Shown piece after piece: positions 53,077 through 56,688 of a DNA stretch of 56,688 nucleotides (position 1 is its first letter; every line of letters starts with the position of its first letter). Source of the stretch: Solirubrobacteraceae bacterium (GTDB lineage Bacteria; Actinomycetota; Thermoleophilia; Solirubrobacterales; Solirubrobacteraceae); the NCBI GenBank assembly GCA_036491075.1, contig DASXCR010000070.1, positions 1 to 56,688 of the forward strand, written 5' to 3'. Position numbers and translations under genes: made by a program. The notes under the pieces are model-generated. The model was not told where the DNA came from, did no database searches, and saw nothing but the letters and a program-made list of their open reading frames with translations.

Positions 53077-56000
53077 GCGCGGTCGGCGTGGCGGGGGCGC
53101 GATCGCGTCCGCGACCTCGGGCGATCGCCGTCTCCGTGCTCGGTGCGCTGCTGCTGGCGCTGGCGCTCGCTACCCCCGGACAGGCGGCGGTGACGCGAAC
53201 GTGCACGCCCAACCCGGACCCGAGCACGTCGACGATGTCGATCCAGATCTCCGGTGGCGCCGCGACCACCACCACGATCTCCGTCGCGGACGATGTCGTG
53301 ACGATCGACGCGGACCCGCCCGAGCCCGCCTGCCCGGGGCTCGACGCGATCACCATAAACGGCGACGCCAACGACAACACGGTCACCTACACGGATACGA
53401 CGTCCGACCCCGTGCAGGTGACCGCGACCCTCCTCGGCGGCGACGACACGTTCATCACCCACAGCAGCCAGGCGGTGAACGTCGATGGTGGATCGGGCGA
53501 CGACACGCTCGACGGCGACCAGGGTGACGACACCTTGATCGGCGGATCGGGCGACGACGTGCTCGACGGCGGCGGCGGCGACGATCTGCTGATGCCGGGG
53601 CTCGGCGGCGGTTCGAACACGGGAGGCACGAACTCGGCGACCGGTGGCGACACGTTGTCCTACTCGGACGTCGTCACCGGGGTGAACGCCGACCTGAGCG
53701 CGCCGTCGCCGACGGCGACCGGGGCAGGCTTGAATCAGACGATCGCGGGCATCGAGAACCTGACGGGTGGATCGGGGACCAACACGCTGACCGGCGACGC
53801 GAACGAGAACGTCCTGATCGGTGGACCCGGTGTCGACACGTTGTCCGGCGGAGACGGGGACGACACGCTGAGCGGCCTCGGCGGCGCCGACGTCCTCAAC
53901 GGCGGCGCCGGCGACGACCTGCTGCTGCCGGGGCTCGGCAACGGCTCGAACACGGGTGGGACGGACGGGACCCCTGGTGGTGCGCACGGCGCGAACGGCG
54001 ACACGGTGTCCTACGCGGACATCGGCTCGGTCGCCGTGACCGCGGATCTCAGCGCGCCGACGCCGGCGGCGACGGGCGCCGGGCTCAGTCAGACGCTCGT
54101 CGGGATCGAGAACCTGACCGGTGGCGACGGCGACGACGTGCTGACGGGGGACCGCAACGACAACATCCTCTCGGGTGGCGCCGGCGACGACACGCTGTCC
54201 GGTGGCGCCGGGGACGACGTCCTCGACGGCGACGCCGGCGACGACCTCCTGCTGCCCGGCCTGGGAGGCGGCTCGAACACCGGCGGGACGGACGGCACCG
54301 CGGGTGGCGCGCACGGCGCGAGCGGCGACACGGTGTCCTACGCGGACATCGGGACCGTGCCGGTGACGGCGGATCTGAGCGCGCCGTCGCCGGTGGCGAC
54401 GGGCGCTGGGCTGAGTCAGACGCTCGTCGGGATCGAGAACCTGACCGGTGGTGACGGCGACGACGTGCTGACCGGCGACGGCGCCGACAACGTCCTGTCC
54501 GGCGGCGCGGGCGACGACACGCTGAGCGGCCTCGACGGCGACGACGTGCTCGACGGCGGCGCCGGGGACGATCTGCTGCTGCCCGGTCTGGGCGGCGGTT
54601 CGAACACGGGCGGCACGGACGGCACGCCCGGCGGCGCGAACGGCGCGGGCGGTGACACCGTGTCCTACGCGAACCTCGCGATCGGAGTGACGGCGGACCT
54701 GAGCGCCGCGTTGCCCAATGCCACGGTCGGCGCGTCGAGCCAGTCGATCGCGACCGTCGAGAACCTGACGGGTGGCGCCGGGAGCAACACGCTGACCGGT
54801 GACGCGAACGCCAACGTCCTCACCGGCGGACCGGTCGGCGACACGCTGTCCGGTGGCGACGGGGACGACACCTTGAACGGGCTCGGCGGCGACGACGTGA
54901 TCGACGGCAACGACGGGGACGACACGCTGAGCGGCGCGGCGGGCGACGACACGCTCGACGGCGGTAACGGCGACGACCTGCTGATGCCCGGACCGGGCGC
55001 GGGCACGAGCACCGGCGGCGCCGACGGGACCGCGGGCGGTGCGCACGGCGCGAGCGGCGACACGGTCTCCTACGCCGACGTCGGGACGGTCGCGGTGACC
55101 GCCGACCTGGGCGCCCCGGCCCCGAACGCGACGGTGGGTGCGACGAGCCAGACGCTGACGGGAATCGAGAACCTGACGGGCGGCGACGGCGACGACGTGC
55201 TCACGGGCGACGGGGGCAACAACATCCTGTCCGGCGGGATGGGCGACGACACGTTGAGCGGTCTCGCCGGCGACGACGTCCTCGACGGCGGTGACGGCGA
55301 CGACCTGCTGGCGCCGGGGCTTGGCGGCGGTTCGAACACCGGCGGCACGGACGGGACCGCCGGCGGCGCGCACGGTGACAGCGGTGACACCGTGTCCTAC
55401 GCGAATATCGGTGCAATCGGAGTGACGGCCGATCTCAGTGCCGCGACGCCGACCGCGACCGGGGCCGGCCTGAGTCAGACACTGGTCGGGATCGAGAACC
55501 TCACCGGTGGCGACGGCGACGACGTGCTGACAGGTGACGGCAACGACAACGTCCTGTCCGGTGGTGCCGGCGAGGACACGCTCAGCGGGCTCGGCGGAGA
55601 CGACGCCATCAGCGGCGGCGACGGCGACGACACGCTGAGCGGCGCGGCCGGCGACGACACGCTCGACGGTGGCGACGGCGACGACCTGCTGATGCCGGGG
55701 CTGGGGAACGGGTCGAACACGGGCGGCACGGACGGGACCGCGGGAGGCGTCCACGGCGCGACGGGTGACACCGTCTCCTACGCGGACATCGGCACGGTCG
55801 CCGTGACGGCCGATCTGAGCGCCGCGACCCCGACGGCGACGGGGGCGGGCCTGAACCAGTCGCTGACGGGAATCGAGAACCTCACGGGGGGGGACGGCAA
55901 CGACGTGCTGAGCGGCGACTCCGCGACGAACATCCTGTCGGGTGGGACGGGCGACGACACGTTGAGCGGGCTCGGCGGCGACGACGTCATCAGCGGCGGC

Positions 56001-56688
56001 GATGGCGACGACACCCTGAGCGGCGCGGCCGGCGACGACACGCTCGACGGCGGCAACGGAGACGACCTGCTGATGCCCGGCCTCGGCAGCGGCTCGAACA
56101 CCGGCGGCACGAACGGCACGGTCGGTGGCGCGCATGGCGCGGCGGGTGACACCGTGTCCTACGCCGACGTCGGGACGGTCGCGGTGACGGCCGATCTGAG
56201 TGCCGCGACCCCGACCGCGACGGGCAGCGGACTCAACCAGACGCTGGTGGGCATCGAGAACCTCACCGGTGGCGACGGTGACGATGCGCTCACAGGTGAC
56301 TCCGGGAAGAACATCCTGTCGGGTGGCGCCGGCGACGACACGCTGAGCGGGCTCGGCGACGACGACACGATCAGCGGCGGCGACGGTGACGACACGCTGA
56401 ATGGCGCGGCCGGCGACGACGTCCTCGACGGCGGCAACGGAGACGACCTGCTGATGCCCGGGCTGGGCAACGGCTCGAACACCGGCGGAACCGACGGGAC
56501 CGCGGGCGGGGCGCACGGCGCGACGGGTGACACGGTCTCCTACGCGGATATCGGCGCGGTCGCGGTGACGGCCGATCTGAGCGCCGCGACGCCGACCGCG
56601 ACGGGCAGCGGACTCGACCAGACGCTGGTGGGCATCGAGAACCTCACCGGTGGCGACGGTGACGATGCGCTCACAGGTGACTCCGGGA
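53073..56688 (+). CDS. Giant secreted calcium-binding repeat protein (hemolysin/RTX-type GGxGxD nonapeptides in larger modules); 3' end beyond the window
   Basis: Not in the ORF track because there is no stop in the window. GTG 53073 overlaps the upstream stop (GTGA). Translation: VSAVGVAGARSRPRPRAIAVSVLGALLLALALATPGQAAV (signal peptide), then repeated DTVSYADIGTVAVTADLSAPTPAATGAGLSQTLVGIENLTGGDGDDVLTGDxxDNxLSGGAGDDTLSGLGGDDVLDGGAGDDLLLPGLGGGSNTGGTDGTAGGAHGA. The 1222-aa minus-strand ORF 52848..56516 is its antisense artefact. Confidence 0.85.
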   Translation, partial: MSAVGVAGARSRPRPRAIAVSVLGALLLALALATPGQAAVTRTCTPNPDPSTSTMSIQISGGAATTTTISVADDVVTIDADPPEPACPGLDAITINGDANDNTVTYTDTTSDPVQVTATLLGGDDTFITHSSQAVNVDGGSGDDTLDGDQGDDTLIGGSGDDVLDGGGGDDLLMPGLGGGSNTGGTNSATGGDTLSYSDVVTGVNADLSAPSPTATGAGLNQTIAGIENLTGGSGTNTLTGDANENVLIGGPGVDTLSGGDGDDTLSGLGGADVLNGGAGDDLLLPGLGNGSNTGGTDGTPGGAHGANGDTVSYADIGSVAVTADLSAPTPAATGAGLSQTLVGIENLTGGDGDDVLTGDRNDNILSGGAGDDTLSGGAGDDVLDGDAGDDLLLPGLGGGSNTGGTDGTAGGAHGASGDTVSYADIGTVPVTADLSAPSPVATGAGLSQTLVGIENLTGGDGDDVLTGDGADNVLSGGAGDDTLSGLDGDDVLDGGAGDDLLLPGLGGGSNTGGTDGTPGGANGAGGDTVSYANLAIGVTADLSAALPNATVGASSQSIATVENLTGGAGSNTLTGDANANVLTGGPVGDTLSGGDGDDTLNGLGGDDVIDGNDGDDTLSGAAGDDTLDGGNGDDLLMPGPGAGTSTGGADGTAGGAHGASGDTVSYADVGTVAVTADLGAPAPNATVGATSQTLTGIENLTGGDGDDVLTGDGGNNILSGGMGDDTLSGLAGDDVLDGGDGDDLLAPGLGGGSNTGGTDGTAGGAHGDSGDTVSYANIGAIGVTADLSAATPTATGAGLSQTLVGIENLTGGDGDDVLTGDGNDNVLSGGAGEDTLSGLGGDDAISGGDGDDTLSGAAGDDTLDGGDGDDLLMPGLGNGSNTGGTDGTAGGVHGATGDTVSYADIGTVAVTADLSAATPTATGAGLNQSLTGIENLTGGDGNDVLSGDSATNILSGGTGDDTLSGLGGDDVISGGDGDDTLSGAAGDDTLDGGNGDDLLMPGLGSGSNTGGTNGTVGGAHGAAGDTVSYADVGTVAVTADLSAATPTATGSGLNQTLVGIENLTGGDGDDALTGDSGKNILSGGAGDDTLSGLGDDDTISGGDGDDTLNGAAGDDVLDGGNGDDLLMPGLGNGSNTGGTDGTAGGAHGATGDTVSYADIGAVAVTADLSAATPTATGSGLDQTLVGIENLTGGDGDDALTGDSG
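53649..56688. repeat. Long tandem coding repeats (351, 327, 327, 405, 327, 381, 381, 381... nt modules)
   Basis: The module-start motif GAC-AC(G/C)-GT(G/C)-TCC-TAC recurs in frame at 53649, 54000, 54327, 54654, 55059, 55386, 55767, 56148 and 56529. About 90 nt starting near 56220 and near 56601 are nearly identical. Confidence 0.9.

Noticed and set aside
52848-56516. 1222-aa minus-strand ORF, the longest in the right part of the track, plus several 80-130-aa minus ORFs over the same region
   Set aside because: Its translation is Arg/Val/Ala/Gly low-complexity sequence with no motifs. The plus strand in the frame starting at 53073 gives canonical GGxGxD calcium-binding repeats and a signal peptide. 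The minus ORFs are antisense artefacts of a stop-poor, high-GC repeat.
1-56688. Mobile elements, prophage or integrative island boundaries
   Set aside because: I found no transposase, integrase, recombinase, phage structural motifs, tRNA attachment sites or terminal inverted repeats. Apart from short AT-richer promoter patches, composition appears uniform by eye.

Overview
Very high-GC, gene-dense chromosomal window. GC content was judged by eye, not computed. Codon bias and gene content look actinobacterial, with many leaderless-looking promoters and ATGA/GTGA stop-start overlaps. A Thermoleophilia or Solirubrobacterales-like origin is only a guess. Because of the GC content, most long ORFs in the six-frame track are antisense artefacts. 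I chose frames by third-position GC bias plus recognisable protein motifs. I support about 58 protein-coding genes. They include a rearranged suf Fe-S assembly cluster (Rrf2-sufC-sufS-sufU, then Rieske-sufB-sufD) and two NlpC/P60 cell-wall hydrolases, one preceded by a candidate ydaO-type c-di-AMP riboswitch. There is a PadR-ABC operon that appears to be decaying, with two frame disruptions. There is an egtE-like/egtB/egtD ergothioneine cluster and a MarR regulator flanked by two MFS pumps. Various lipid and aromatic metabolism genes and several secreted proteins of unknown function are also present. I saw no rRNA, tRNA, CRISPR array, transposase or integrase. The best candidate for an undescribed system is at the right end (49.7 kb to the window edge). 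It has three translationally coupled genes: a kinase-less PASTA plus PD40 beta-propeller membrane protein, an SLT-like/LAS-metallopeptidase muralytic enzyme, and a giant modular calcium-binding (RTX-type) repeat protein that runs off the window. This cluster is divergent from a PAP2/diacylglycerol-kinase fusion gene. Other items worth follow-up are a protein made of 14 in-register 42-aa TPR units and an unknown two-gene operon (43847-44721). A beta-carbonic anhydrase has a stop codon followed in frame by a coding-like hydrophobic extension. Several GC-rich tandem repeat arrays abut stop codons. All functional calls come from motif recognition by eye. No database search was run.
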